Origin: Solirubrobacteraceae bacterium
GTDB lineage: Bacteria > Actinomycetota > Thermoleophilia > Solirubrobacterales > Solirubrobacteraceae
Direction: 5' to 3'
DNA length: 64,000 nt
Assembly (NCBI GenBank): GCA_035483595.1
Contig: DATHPU010000008.1
Span: 7,762-71,761 of the forward strand
The notes under the pieces are model-generated. The model searched no databases. It saw only the letters and a list, made by a program, of their open reading frames with translations, and had not been told where the DNA came from. Below, one piece after another: positions 22,980 to 34,303 of the stretch (position 1 is its first letter; each line of letters begins with the position of its first letter). The position numbers and the translations under genes were made by a program.

Positions 22980-24446
22980 CTACGCGCGCTCCAGCAGCGC
23001 CACGCACTCGATGTGATGCGTCTGCGGGAACATGTCCACGGGGCGGACCTTGCGCAGCGCCCACCCGGCCTCCACCAGTTCGGCGGCGTTGGGGGCGAGC
23101 GTTGTGGGGTTGCAGGAGACGTAGACGATGCGCTTGGGCGCGACGTCGATGATGCGGTGCACGACCTTCTTCGACAGGCCCGCGCGCGGCGGGTCGACGA
23201 CGAGCACGTCGGGGCGACCGGCGCGTTCGAACAGCTCGGGCAGCGCCGTGCGGCTGTCGCCGGCGAAGAAGTGCACGTTGGTGATCTCGTTGCGCCGCGC
23301 GCACGCGATCGCGTCGGCGACGGCCTGCTCGATCAGCTCAATGCCCCACAGCTCGCCCGCGCGCGGAGCCAGCGTGAGCGCGATCGTGCCGATGCCCGAG
23401 TACAGGTCGTACACGCGCTCCCAGCCCTCCAGCGCGGCGTACTCGGCGACGATCCCGTACAGCAGCTCGGCCATCTCGGTGTTCGTCTGGAAGAACGCCT
23501 CCGCGGAGATCCGCAGGTCGAGCTCACCCAGCCGCTCGGGCAGCTCCGCGTCGCCCCACACGAGCTCCGTCTCGCCGCCGGCGGTCGTCTCGGCGACGCT
23601 GCGCGAGCGCGTCCACAGAACCCCCGACAGGCTATCGCCGAGCGCCTCGTGCAGCGCCGCCGCGAGCGCGCCCGCCTCCAGCTCGCCCTCGGTGGTCACG
23701 ATCCGCACCTGCAGCTTGCCGGTGTGCCGGCCTTCGCGCACGACCAGGTTGCGCAGGCGAGCGCGCCCGTCGCCGGCCGGCTTCGTGCGCTGGTCATCGC
23801 CCCTCGACTCCCCGCGCGCGCCGCGGCTGCGCTCCCACGCGGTCAGCCCCTCGGCGCGGCACCACTCAAGCGCCGCCGTGCGCGCGAGGTTGCCCTGCTC
23901 GGACGCCAGCAGACAGTCCTCGATCGGCGTGACGTGGTTGCCGCCCGCGGGGGCGTGAAAGCCGCACACGAGCTCGGGGCGCGGCGAGTCGCCCGCTTCT
24001 CCCGTTTCGCCGAACGAGTACTCGAGCTTGTTGCGGTAGCGCCACTGCGCCAGCGCCGGCACGATCTCCTGCAGCTCGAAGCCGTCGAGGTGGCCGATCC
24101 GCCGCAACGCGTCGTCGACCTGGCCGCGCTTGATCTCGAGCTGGCGCTCGTACGGGATCACCTGCCACGGCACGCCGGGGTGCGCGGCCTTCGGCTCGAT
24201 CCGCTCGGGGCTCGGCTCGAGCACCTCGAGCGTGCGCGCGTGCGCGTAGCTGCGCTTGCGCTTGTGCACCACCGCGCGAACGCGGTCGCCGGGGATCGCG
24301 CCGGCTACGAATACGACATAGCCACCATCGCCCAGACGCGCGACGCCCTCGCCGCCGAACGCGAGCGAGTCGATCGTCAGCTCCAGCTCATCGCCCGGCT
24401 GCGGGCGCGGCGAGCCCTCCGGGCGGGCGGGAGCCTCGACATTCAC
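22980..24446 (-). CDS. rlmD: 23S rRNA (uracil-C5)-methyltransferase, TRAM domain
   Basis: TRAM N-terminus, YRNK, AFFQTN, DLYSGIG, DPPRAGL, YVSCNP, DMFPQTHHIE. Confidence 0.92.
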   Translation of the reverse strand: MNVEAPARPEGSPRPQPGDELELTIDSLAFGGEGVARLGDGGYVVFVAGAIPGDRVRAVVHKRKRSYAHARTLEVLEPSPERIEPKAAHPGVPWQVIPYERQLEIKRGQVDDALRRIGHLDGFELQEIVPALAQWRYRNKLEYSFGETGEAGDSPRPELVCGFHAPAGGNHVTPIEDCLLASEQGNLARTAALEWCRAEGLTAWERSRGARGESRGDDQRTKPAGDGRARLRNLVVREGRHTGKLQVRIVTTEGELEAGALAAALHEALGDSLSGVLWTRSRSVAETTAGGETELVWGDAELPERLGELDLRISAEAFFQTNTEMAELLYGIVAEYAALEGWERVYDLYSGIGTIALTLAPRAGELWGIELIEQAVADAIACARRNEITNVHFFAGDSRTALPELFERAGRPDVLVVDPPRAGLSKKVVHRIIDVAPKRIVYVSCNPTTLAPNAAELVEAGWALRKVRPVDMFPQTHHIECVALLERA

Positions 24447-25345
24447 GCGGGCGCCACCAGCAGCTCCAGCAGGGCCTTCTGCGCGTGGCGGCGGTTCTCC
24501 GCCTGATCCCAGATGCGCTCCCGCGTGCCGTAGAGGACCTCGGTGGTGATCTCCTCGCCGGGGTGCGCAGGCAGGTCGTGCATCGCGAACGCGTCCGGCG
24601 CCGCCGCGTCGAGCAGCGCGTCGTCGACGCGGTAGGCGGCCAGGTCGCGCCGACGCTGCCCGGCGGTGGCCTCGTCGCCCATGCTCACCCACACGTCGGT
24701 GTAGACCGCGACGGCGCCCTGCACCGCCTCGTAGGGGTCGGAGTGGTGCGTCACGGTGCCAGCGGCTTCGGCCGGCAGCTCGAGGTCGCGCTCCAGCGCG
24801 TAGCCCTCGGGCGAGGCGAACGCCACGTGCATTCCGGCCAATGCACCCAGCACGGCGAGCGAGCGAGCGATGTTGTTGCCGTCGCCCACATACGCCAGAC
24901 GCAGGCCCTCGAGCGCACCGCACGCCTCGCGCAGCGTCAGCAGGTCGGCGAGCGCCTGGCAGGGGTGGTGGCGTGCGCTCAGCATGTTGACGACCGGCAC
25001 CGTGCTGTAGGCGGCGAGCTCCTCGAGGACCGCGTCGGCACCCGTGCGCAGGCCCACCGCCGCCACGTGCCGGGAGAGCACCAGCGCGGTGTCGCGCGGG
25101 GCCTCGCCGCGCGAGAGCTGCAGCTCGTCCGAGCGCAGCACGACCGCGTGGCCGCCGAGCTCCTGGATGCCGACCTCGAACGACACGCGCGTGCGCGTCG
25201 AGGGCTTCTCGAAGATCAGCGCGACGCTGCGGTCGGCGAGCGCGTGCGAGGACAGCGGCGCGCGCTTGAGCTCGAGCGCGCGGTCGAGCAGCGCGTCCAG
25301 TTCGGCGGCGCCGAGCTCCGCTCCGGTGAGGAAATGGCTTGGCAT
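24443..25345 (-). CDS. argF: Ornithine carbamoyltransferase
   Basis: FEKPSTRTR, HPCQALAD, YTDVWVSMG, HDLPA, QAENR. Confidence 0.95.
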   Translation of the reverse strand: MPSHFLTGAELGAAELDALLDRALELKRAPLSSHALADRSVALIFEKPSTRTRVSFEVGIQELGGHAVVLRSDELQLSRGEAPRDTALVLSRHVAAVGLRTGADAVLEELAAYSTVPVVNMLSARHHPCQALADLLTLREACGALEGLRLAYVGDGNNIARSLAVLGALAGMHVAFASPEGYALERDLELPAEAAGTVTHHSDPYEAVQGAVAVYTDVWVSMGDEATAGQRRRDLAAYRVDDALLDAAAPDAFAMHDLPAHPGEEITTEVLYGTRERIWDQAENRRHAQKALLELLVAPA

Positions 25346-25348
25346 GGA

Positions 25349-25546
25349 CTATGCCGCGACGGCAACGCCTGCGGGCACGTAGTGCTCGATCGTCAGATCA
25401 TCGCGATCGAGCGCAAAGCGCACGCCATCCTCAGCGAGGCGATGGGCCTCGGGATAGCTGTCGGCAACGACGGTCCAGCGAGGAATGTCGGGGGAGCTGG
25501 CCACCCATGTGTCTTGATCTTGCCGGTAGAGGACGCGCACAGTCAT
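25349..25546 (-). CDS. Small HicB/DUF1902-like protein
   Basis: MTVRVLYRQDQDTWVASSPDIPRWTVVADSYPEAHRLAEDGVRF resembles the HicB N-terminal fold. Confidence 0.65.
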   Translation of the reverse strand: MTVRVLYRQDQDTWVASSPDIPRWTVVADSYPEAHRLAEDGVRFALDRDDLTIEHYVPAGVAVAA

Positions 25547-25737
25547 GACTTTCTCAGAGTAGCGCCAGTGCATCCGGTTCGGTGAGACCCACCTGACGGG
25601 AACTGGGCCACGCTGAGCACCGTAGGCATCACTTGAGACGAAACTCTCGCTCGGCAAACAGCCCCGGACGAGTCGAACCCGGGAATCGCCATGTGCGATG
25701 GTGCGCGGACGGACCCTACGCAGAGAGGACCGCAACA

Positions 25738-27286
<1,549 letters not shown>

Positions 27287-27290
<4 letters not shown>

Positions 27291-28531
27291 GCGAGCGCCT
27301 CCGCCGCATGGACGAAGCGACCGGGGTCGCACGCGGCCAGCAACGGATCGTCGTGCGGCCCGGGTGCTGCCGACCAGGGCCTCGCAGCACTGAGCTCGCC
27401 ACTCAGAACATCCGCGACGAGCGCGGCGGTGAGCGGCGCGAGCAGGATGCCATTGCGGTAGTGGCCGGTCGCCCACACGAGGCCGGGCACGGCGCCGCGG
27501 CCGATCGCGGGGCAGTTGTCGGGCGTGCCCGGCCTCAGGCCCACGGACAGCTCCTCGATCTCCAGCTCGCTGATGCCCGGCACCAGCTCGCGGGCGTCGC
27601 GCAGCATCTCGTACACGCCACCCGCTGTGGGCGCGAGCTCGAAGCCGCGCTCCTCGACGGTCGCGCCGAGCACGTAGCGCCCGTCCTCGCGCGGCACCAG
27701 ATAGCCGCCGCGAAAGCGCAGCACGCGGCGCAGCAGCCCCGGCCCGGCGGGGTCGCGCAGGCGCAGGATCTGGCCCTTGACGGGGCGCACGGGGACGCCG
27801 GCGCCGGCGGGCAGGCCCTCGACGAGCCCGCTCCACGGGCCGGCGGCGAGAACCACGTGGCCGGCGCGCAGCCGCTCGCCGTCCTCGAGCGTCACACCCG
27901 AGACGCGCGCACCCGCGCCCGGCGCGAGCCCGTCCCCGACGAAGCCGTCCGCGCCAGCGCCGTCCAGCTCGACGCGAGCGACGCGCGTGTGCTCGCGCAG
28001 CTGCACGCCCGCCGCCTCGCACACGCGGCGTAGCGCCGCGAGCACGAGCCGCGGGTCGACGGAGCCGTCCTCGGGCGCCTCCAGCGCGAGCCTGACGGTG
28101 GGCGCGAGCGCGGGCTCGAGCTCGCGCGCCTGGCTTGGCCGCAGGCGCCGCACGGCGAGCCCGAGCGAGCTGCGGAAGTCGAGCTGGCGCTCCAGCTCGC
28201 GGGCATCGTCGTCGTCGCGCGCGGCAAGCAGCGTGCCGGTGCGCTGCAGGCCGACCGTGGCGCCGGCGCCCGCCTCCAGCTCGGCGGCGAACTCCGGCCA
28301 CATGGCGGCCGAGCGCAGACCCAGCTCGAGCGCGCGCCCGCCGGACTCGCCGAACTCCACCTCGGCGACCGGCGCGAGCATGCCCGCGCCGACGCGCGAG
28401 GTGGCCTGACCGGCGACGTCGCGCTCGACCACGGTCACCGTCATTCCCGCCTGGCGGGCGCGCCAAGCGCTCGCCAGACCGATGATGCCGCCGCCCACGA
28501 CGACCACGTCCACTGCAGCGTTGTCGGGCAT
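27287..28531 (-). CDS. thiO: Glycine oxidase
   Basis: GGGIIG, GAGMLAP, PVKGQ, GLRPGTPDN, GHYRNGILLAP. Confidence 0.93.
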
Positions 28532-28576
28532 GTCGATGATGCTAGCCCGCGGCTGGCGCTGCGTGAGGTGGCGGGC

Positions 28577-29284
28577 ATGCCAGACTTCCGCCGCATGACA
28601 GACGAGAACCGACGCGCGGAACGCCGCGCACGACTGGACGCGGCGCGCCTGTATCTGGTGTGCGGCGCCAACCCCGATACCCCATCCGGGTCACAGGGGG
28701 AGCGCGAGCTGCCGACGATGCTGCGCGCGGCGGTGGCGGGCGGCGTGGATGTGGTGCAGCTGCGCGAGAAGCAGATGCCGGACGTGGAGCTCGCGTCGGT
28801 GGCGCGCCCGGCACGGCTGCTGTGCGAGGAACTGGGGGCGCTCTTCATCGTCAACGACCGGCCGTGGGTGGCGCGCGAGGCCGGCGCGGACGGCATCCAC
28901 GTGGGGCAGGACGACATCCCCCCGGCGGACCTGCGCGAGCTGGTGGGCCCTGAGATGCTGATCGGCCTGTCGACGCATTCGCCCGCGCAGATAGACGCGG
29001 TGGACGCGAGCGTGGTCGACTACATCGGCGTGGGCCCGATCCACGAGACGCCCACGAAGCCCGGCCGCCCGGCTGTGGGCGTGGAGCTGATCGCCTACGC
29101 GGCGGCGCACGCGCGGGTGCCGTTCTTCGCGATCGGAGGCCTGGACGCGGGCAATGTGGCGGACGCGCTCGATGCGGGCGCGACGCGGGTGTGCGTGCTG
29201 CGCGCGATCGCCGCGGCGGCGGACCCCGAGCAGGCGGCGCGCGCGCTGCGCGACCGGCTCGGGCCGCGCGCGGCGGAACCCTGA
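28577..29284 (+). CDS. thiE: Thiamine-phosphate synthase
   Basis: VQLREK, IVNDR, GIHVGQDD, GLSTH, TPTKPG, AIGG. Confidence 0.95.
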   Translation: MPDFRRMTDENRRAERRARLDAARLYLVCGANPDTPSGSQGERELPTMLRAAVAGGVDVVQLREKQMPDVELASVARPARLLCEELGALFIVNDRPWVAREAGADGIHVGQDDIPPADLRELVGPEMLIGLSTHSPAQIDAVDASVVDYIGVGPIHETPTKPGRPAVGVELIAYAAAHARVPFFAIGGLDAGNVADALDAGATRVCVLRAIAAAADPEQAARALRDRLGPRAAEP

Positions 29285-29289
29285 GCTCG

Positions 29290-29754
29290 ATGAGCGACGG
29301 CGGCGAGCCCGCGGGCGGGGCGGGCGGCGACCGCGGCAGGCGCGATGAGCTGGCGCGCGCGGCGCTCGTGCCGCTCGCCCCGGACGAGCGCCCGCCGGCG
29401 CTGCTGGTGGCGATCGGCGTGTGCGTGCTGCTGGCGGCCGCGGTGCTCGTGGGCGGTCTGAGCATCCACGACCTGTCCAAACACGGCGGCTCGCTGCCCG
29501 GCGCGCTGTTCCTGGCGGCGATCCTGCTGGCGCTGGCGCTTGGCATGCACCGGCGCCGCTACATGGCGGTGCTGGGCTTCGAGGCGCTGCTCGCGTTCCA
29601 GATCATCGTCACGTCGCTGGCGCTGGTGGTCGCCTCGACGCTGCTCGCGGCGGGCGCGTGCCTCGTCGCGATCGGCCTCGGCGGCTGGCTGTTTTGGAAG
29701 CTGGTGCGTGTCATGGGACGCATCCAGGCAGGCGAAGACCGCGCGCGCCTGTAG
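29290..29754 (+). CDS. Hypothetical membrane protein (about 4 TM)
   Basis: Hydrophobic ORF, LVPLAPDERP..., FWKLVRVMGRIQ. Confidence 0.65.
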   Translation: MSDGGEPAGGAGGDRGRRDELARAALVPLAPDERPPALLVAIGVCVLLAAAVLVGGLSIHDLSKHGGSLPGALFLAAILLALALGMHRRRYMAVLGFEALLAFQIIVTSLALVVASTLLAAGACLVAIGLGGWLFWKLVRVMGRIQAGEDRARL

Positions 29755-29807
29755 CTCCCGGCGCGGCGGGCGGGCTCGCGCGACGACCTTCGATAGGCTC
29801 ACACGCG

Positions 29808-31208
29808 ATGGCCGGCGGCTCCTACGACTGCATCGTGATCGGCTCCGGGCCGGGGGGCTACGTGGCAGCGATCCGCGCGGCGCAGCTGGGCCTGAAGACG
29901 GCGGTGGTGGAGCGCGACAAGCTGGGTGGACGCTGCCTGAACTACGCGTGTATTCCCGCCAAGGCGGTGCTGCGCTCGGCGGACCTGCTGTCGGAGATCC
30001 GCGAGGCGGACGAGTTCGGCCTGAAGGTGAGCGGCGTGGAGGTCGACTACGAGGCGGTGCAGGCGCGCCGCGCGAAGGTCGTGAGCACGCTGACGTCGGG
30101 CGTGGGCGGCCTGTTCAAGAAAGACGGCATCGACGTGGTCACGGGCAGCGCGCGGCTGACGGCGGATGGCGCCGTGCTGGTGGATCTGCTCGACGAGAAC
30201 GGCGCTAGCGCCGGCCAGCAGGAGCTGGCGGCGAGCAACGTGATCCTCGCGACCGGCTCGACGCCGCGGCCGATCCCGGGCGCGGCGTTCGGCGGGCGCG
30301 TGATCGGCACCGAGGAGGCGTGGGCGCTGCCGGAGGTGCCGGCGCGGCTGACGGTGGTGGGCGCCGGGGCGTCGGGCGCGGAGATCGCCTCGGCGTTCGC
30401 GCGCCTGGGCAGCGAGACGCTGCTGCTGGAGGCGCTCGACCGCCTGCTGCCGACGGAGGACGCGGACATCTCGCGCCTGGTCGAGCGCGGCCTGAAGCGC
30501 CAGGGCATCGGCGTGCACACGAGCACGCCCGTGGCCGACGTGAGCAGCAGCGAGACGAGCGTGAGCTTCTCCTACGGCTCGGAGTCGGCGGAGGTGGACT
30601 ACCTGGTGATCTGCGCGGGACGCGGCGCGGACGTGGAGGGCCTGGGGCTCGCGGAGGCGGGCGTGGAGCTGGATGACCGCGGGTTGATCCAGGTGGACGG
30701 CGCGCTGCGCACGTCGCGCGCGGGCGTGTACGCGATCGGCGACCTGGTGCCGGGCCCGGCGCTCGCGCACAAGGCCTCCGACGAGGGCATCATCGCCGCG
30801 GAGACGATCGCCGGCCTGCCGACTCACCCGATCGCCTACGGCGACATCCCGCGCGCGACGTTCTGCACGCCCAACGTGGGCTCGTTCGGGCTGACGGAGG
30901 CGCAGGCGCGCGAGCAGGGCTACGACGTGGTCGTGGGCAAGGTGCCGTACGGCGCGGTGGGCGGCGGCACGGTGTACGGCGACCGCACGGGCCTGGTGAA
31001 GGTCGTGGGCGAGAGCAAGTACGGCGAGCTGCTGGGCGGACACATAGTGGGCGCGCGCGCCACCGAGCTGATCCAGGAGCTGGTCAACGTGCGCCTGCTG
31101 GAGGGCGGCTTCCCCGAGCTGGCGCGCATCATCCACGGACACCCGACGCTGTCGGAGGCGGTCATGGAAGCGGGACGCGCCGCCGATGGCTGGCTGATCC
31201 ACGGCTGA
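29808..31208 (+). CDS. lpdA: Dihydrolipoamide dehydrogenase (E3)
   Basis: GSGPGGY, GGRCLNYACIP, LAHKA, HGHPTLSE. Confidence 0.95.
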   Translation: MAGGSYDCIVIGSGPGGYVAAIRAAQLGLKTAVVERDKLGGRCLNYACIPAKAVLRSADLLSEIREADEFGLKVSGVEVDYEAVQARRAKVVSTLTSGVGGLFKKDGIDVVTGSARLTADGAVLVDLLDENGASAGQQELAASNVILATGSTPRPIPGAAFGGRVIGTEEAWALPEVPARLTVVGAGASGAEIASAFARLGSETLLLEALDRLLPTEDADISRLVERGLKRQGIGVHTSTPVADVSSSETSVSFSYGSESAEVDYLVICAGRGADVEGLGLAEAGVELDDRGLIQVDGALRTSRAGVYAIGDLVPGPALAHKASDEGIIAAETIAGLPTHPIAYGDIPRATFCTPNVGSFGLTEAQAREQGYDVVVGKVPYGAVGGGTVYGDRTGLVKVVGESKYGELLGGHIVGARATELIQELVNVRLLEGGFPELARIIHGHPTLSEAVMEAGRAADGWLIHG

Positions 31209-31222
31209 CGACGGTCGAGGAC

Positions 31223-31918
31223 GTGTCCTCTCCGCCGGCCGCCTTCTACTTCGACCTCGCCAGCCCGCTCGCGTACCTGGCGGCGGAGCGCATCCTGCAG
31301 GTGCTCCCCGGCCCGGCCGAGTGGCGGCCCGTGCTCGCCCGCGAGCTCCCGGCGAGCAGCGAGTCCCCGACGGCGAACATCGCGCAGGCGCCGCCGCACG
31401 CGGAGATCGAGCGCCGCGCGCGCGAGCTGGGCCTGCAGCCGCTGCGCTGGCCGGAGCCGTTCCCGTTCGACAGTACGCTTGCGATGCGCGTGGCCACGTA
31501 CGCGGCGTCGATCGGCCGCGCGGTGCCGTTCGCGCAGGCGGCGTTCCGCCAGGCGTTCGCGGGCGGGAACTCGCTGGAGAGCGCCGACTACGTGCTGATC
31601 GCGGCGGCGGCGTGCGAGATGCACCCGGCGGCGGTGCTGCAGGGCGCGGAGCTGCGCTCGACCGCGGAGCGGCTCGCGGCGACAACAGCCACCGCCTTGC
31701 AGGCGGGCGTGACCGAGGTGCCGGCGGTGGTCGTCGGCGAGCGCGTGTTCGCGGGCGAGCGGCTGTTCGAGCGCGCGGCGCAGCAGATGCGAAGCGACGC
31801 GACCGGCGCAGCGCACGCGACCGGCGCAGCGCACGCGACCGGCGCAGCGGACGCGACCGGCGCAGCGGACGAGCCGTATGTGCTGCCGCTGCGGCGCTCG
31901 GGGTCCGGGCCGGCGTGA
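31223..31918 (+). CDS. DsbA-like / 2-hydroxychromene-2-carboxylate isomerase family protein
   Basis: FYFDLASPLAYL, GVTEVPAVVVGERVFAG. Confidence 0.78.
   Translation: MSSPPAAFYFDLASPLAYLAAERILQVLPGPAEWRPVLARELPASSESPTANIAQAPPHAEIERRARELGLQPLRWPEPFPFDSTLAMRVATYAASIGRAVPFAQAAFRQAFAGGNSLESADYVLIAAAACEMHPAAVLQGAELRSTAERLAATTATALQAGVTEVPAVVVGERVFAGERLFERAAQQMRSDATGAAHATGAAHATGAADATGAADEPYVLPLRRSGSGPA
31797..31870 (+). repeat. 18-bp tandem repeat x4 (ACGCGACCGGCGCAGCGS) encoding (H/D)ATGAA
   Basis: Four in-frame units visible at the 3' end of the DsbA-like gene. Confidence 0.85.
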
Positions 31919-32154
31919 GAGCAACCCACGCGTACCGCCTGATCGTGACGCGCAGCGGCCGCGCGCCGGCGCTGCTGGCGGACGCGACGCGCGTGGACCA
32001 CATCGAGGTGGTGGAGGTGGACAGTGGCGAAGCGGTGCTGTTCTGGGATCGCCCGCCGCAGGCGGCGTCGAAGCTGGCGCGGGCGCTGCGCGCGGATCTG
32101 GCGCAGCTGGGAGCGGAGGAGTTCATGGCGCGCTGGAGTACCGTGGAGCACTGA
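31915..32154 (+). CDS. Small hypothetical protein coupled to pdhA
   Basis: GTGA overlap upstream and TGATG overlap with pdhA; RVDHIEVVEVDSGEAVLFWD. Confidence 0.65.
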   Translation: MRATHAYRLIVTRSGRAPALLADATRVDHIEVVEVDSGEAVLFWDRPPQAASKLARALRADLAQLGAEEFMARWSTVEH

Positions 32155-33296
32155 TGCCCGCACCGCCCGCGCCAAGCTCGCCCACGGCCACCCTTCCGGC
32201 GCCGGGCGACGCGCGCGAGTGGCTGGAGACGATGATGCTGATCCGCCGTTTCGAGGAACGCGCGGGCGAGATGTACGCGCGGGCGAAGGTGGGCGGCTTC
32301 CTGCACCTGTCGATCGGCGAGGAGGCGACGATCGTGGGCAGCGCGCGGGCGCTGCGCGCGGAGGACTACCTGATCTCGACGTACCGCTCGCACGGGCACG
32401 CGCTGGTGCGTGGCACGCCGCCGGAGAACGTGATGGCGGAGCTGTTCGGTCGCGCGGACGGCTGCTCGGGCGGGCGCGGCGGCTCGATGCACATGTTCGA
32501 CCTGAAGCGGCGCTTCATGGGCGGCTACGGGATCGTGGGCGGCAACCTGCCGATCGCGGCGGGCATCGCGCTGGCGAGCGACTACAAGGAAACGGATGAG
32601 GTGACGCTGTGCACGTTCGGCGACGGCGCGTCCAACCAGGGCACGTTCGGCGAGACGCTGAACATCGCTGCGCTGTGGAAGCTGCCGGTGGTGTTCATGG
32701 TGACGAACAACCAGTTCGGCATGGGCACGGCGCTGGGCCGCCACTCGGCGGTGACTGACCTGCAGCGCAAGGGCGAGAGCCTGGGCGTGCCGGGCATGCG
32801 CTGCGACGGCATGGACGTGCTGGACACGTACGCGGTCGTGAAAGAGGCGGTGCGGCGCGTGCGCGAGGATCGCCAGCCGGTGCTGGTGGAGGCGGTGACG
32901 TACCGCTTCCGCGGGCACTCGATGGCGGACCCGGAGCAGTACCGCACGAAGGAGGAGGTGGCGCGCTGGCGCGAGCGCGACCCGCTGCCGGCGTTCGGCG
33001 AGCTGCTGGTGCGCGAGGGCGTGATCGAGGAGTCCGAGCGCGCGCGGATGGACGAGCGCGCGACCGCGCGGGTGGACGCGGCGGTGGAGTTCGCGGACGC
33101 GTCGCCGTTCCCGGCGCCGGAGTCGCTGTACGACGACGTGTACGTGCTGGATGAGGAGGTGCGCGGCTCCTACTCGGTGCGCACGACGCCGCCGGGAGCG
33201 GTGCCGCAGGAGTCGCTGGAGAGCAGCATCGGCGAGATCCCGCAGCAGATCACGACGGCGCTTGAAGCCGGCGAGGACGCGGCGGGCGGGCTCTGA
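32154..33296 (+). CDS. pdhA: Pyruvate dehydrogenase E1 alpha
   Basis: GFLHL, YRSHGH, GGSMH, GDGA..NN TPP motif, YRFRGHSMADP. Confidence 0.94.
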   Translation: MPAPPAPSSPTATLPAPGDAREWLETMMLIRRFEERAGEMYARAKVGGFLHLSIGEEATIVGSARALRAEDYLISTYRSHGHALVRGTPPENVMAELFGRADGCSGGRGGSMHMFDLKRRFMGGYGIVGGNLPIAAGIALASDYKETDEVTLCTFGDGASNQGTFGETLNIAALWKLPVVFMVTNNQFGMGTALGRHSAVTDLQRKGESLGVPGMRCDGMDVLDTYAVVKEAVRRVREDRQPVLVEAVTYRFRGHSMADPEQYRTKEEVARWRERDPLPAFGELLVREGVIEESERARMDERATARVDAAVEFADASPFPAPESLYDDVYVLDEEVRGSYSVRTTPPGAVPQESLESSIGEIPQQITTALEAGEDAAGGL

Positions 33297-34303
33297 TGAC
33301 AGAGATGCGCTACCGCGAGGCGTTGAACGCGGCGTTGCGCGAGGAGCTGGCGCGCGACGAGCGCGTGGTGCTGATGGGCGAGGACATCGGCGTGTTCGGC
33401 GGCGCGTTCAAGGTGACGGACGGGCTGTTGAAGGAGTTCGGCGAGCGGCGCGTGCGCGACACGCCGATCTCGGAGAACACGATCGTGGGCGTGGGCGTGG
33501 GCTCGGCGATGACTGGGCTACGCCCGGTGGTGGAGCTGATGACGATCAACTTCGCGCTGCTGGCGTTCGACCAGATCGTCAACCACGCGGCGCACATCCA
33601 CTACATGTTCGGCGGCCAGGCGCGGGTGCCGATGGTGGTGCGCATGCCGCAGGGCGCGGGCCACCAGCTGGGGCCGACGCACTCGCACTGCCTGGAGTCG
33701 CTGTTCCTGCACATCCCCGGCCTGCTGGTGGCGGTGCCGGCGACGGCGGCGGACGCGAAGGGCCTGTTGAAGACGGCGATCCGCGACGAGAACCCGGTGA
33801 TCTTCATCGAGCACGAGTCGCTGTACGGGGTGCGCGGCGAGGTGCCCGATGACGAGGAGCACCTGGTGCACTTCGGCCAGGCGCGCGTGGCGCGCGAGGG
33901 CTCCGACGTGACGGTGGTGGGCGTGTCGCGGATGGCGCTGACGGCGGAGCGCGCGGCGCAGAAGCTGGCGGACGAGCACGGGGTGCAGGCGGAGGTGATC
34001 GACCCGCGCACGCTGCGCCCGCTTGACCTGGACACGATCCTTGAGTCGGTGGCGAAGACGAACCGCTGCGTGATCGTGGAGGAGGGCTGGCCGCATGGCG
34101 GCGTGGGCGCGAACCTGGCGGCGTTGATCTCAGAACAGGCCTTCGACGACCTGGATGCGCCGGTGCGGCGCGTGACGGGGGCGGACGTGCCGATGCCGTA
34201 CTCGAAGCCGCTGGAGGACCTGGCGTACCCGCACGAGCCGCAGATCATCGCCGCGGTTCTGGAGACGCTCGACCGCGCCCCGACACCCGCGGGAGGAGCG
34301 TAG
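33296..34303 (+). CDS. pdhB: Pyruvate dehydrogenase E1 beta
   Basis: GEDIG, DTPISE, HSHCLE, IDPRTLRPLD. Confidence 0.94.
   Translation: MTEMRYREALNAALREELARDERVVLMGEDIGVFGGAFKVTDGLLKEFGERRVRDTPISENTIVGVGVGSAMTGLRPVVELMTINFALLAFDQIVNHAAHIHYMFGGQARVPMVVRMPQGAGHQLGPTHSHCLESLFLHIPGLLVAVPATAADAKGLLKTAIRDENPVIFIEHESLYGVRGEVPDDEEHLVHFGQARVAREGSDVTVVGVSRMALTAERAAQKLADEHGVQAEVIDPRTLRPLDLDTILESVAKTNRCVIVEEGWPHGGVGANLAALISEQAFDDLDAPVRRVTGADVPMPYSKPLEDLAYPHEPQIIAAVLETLDRAPTPAGGA

Noticed and set aside
28532-28576. TPP riboswitch
   Set aside because: Gap too short and no CUGAGA motif.
31797-31870. Short tandem repeats (also 57831, 58974, 59293) as CRISPR arrays
   Set aside because: Contiguous 9- or 18-bp units with no spacers, mostly in-frame in low-complexity protein regions; no cas genes.
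29799-32918. Very long antisense or alternative-frame ORFs (1039 aa here; also 8090-9658, the 5' part of 47423-50500, and others)
   Set aside because: Shadows of real genes in high-GC DNA; Arg/Ala-rich and without motifs.
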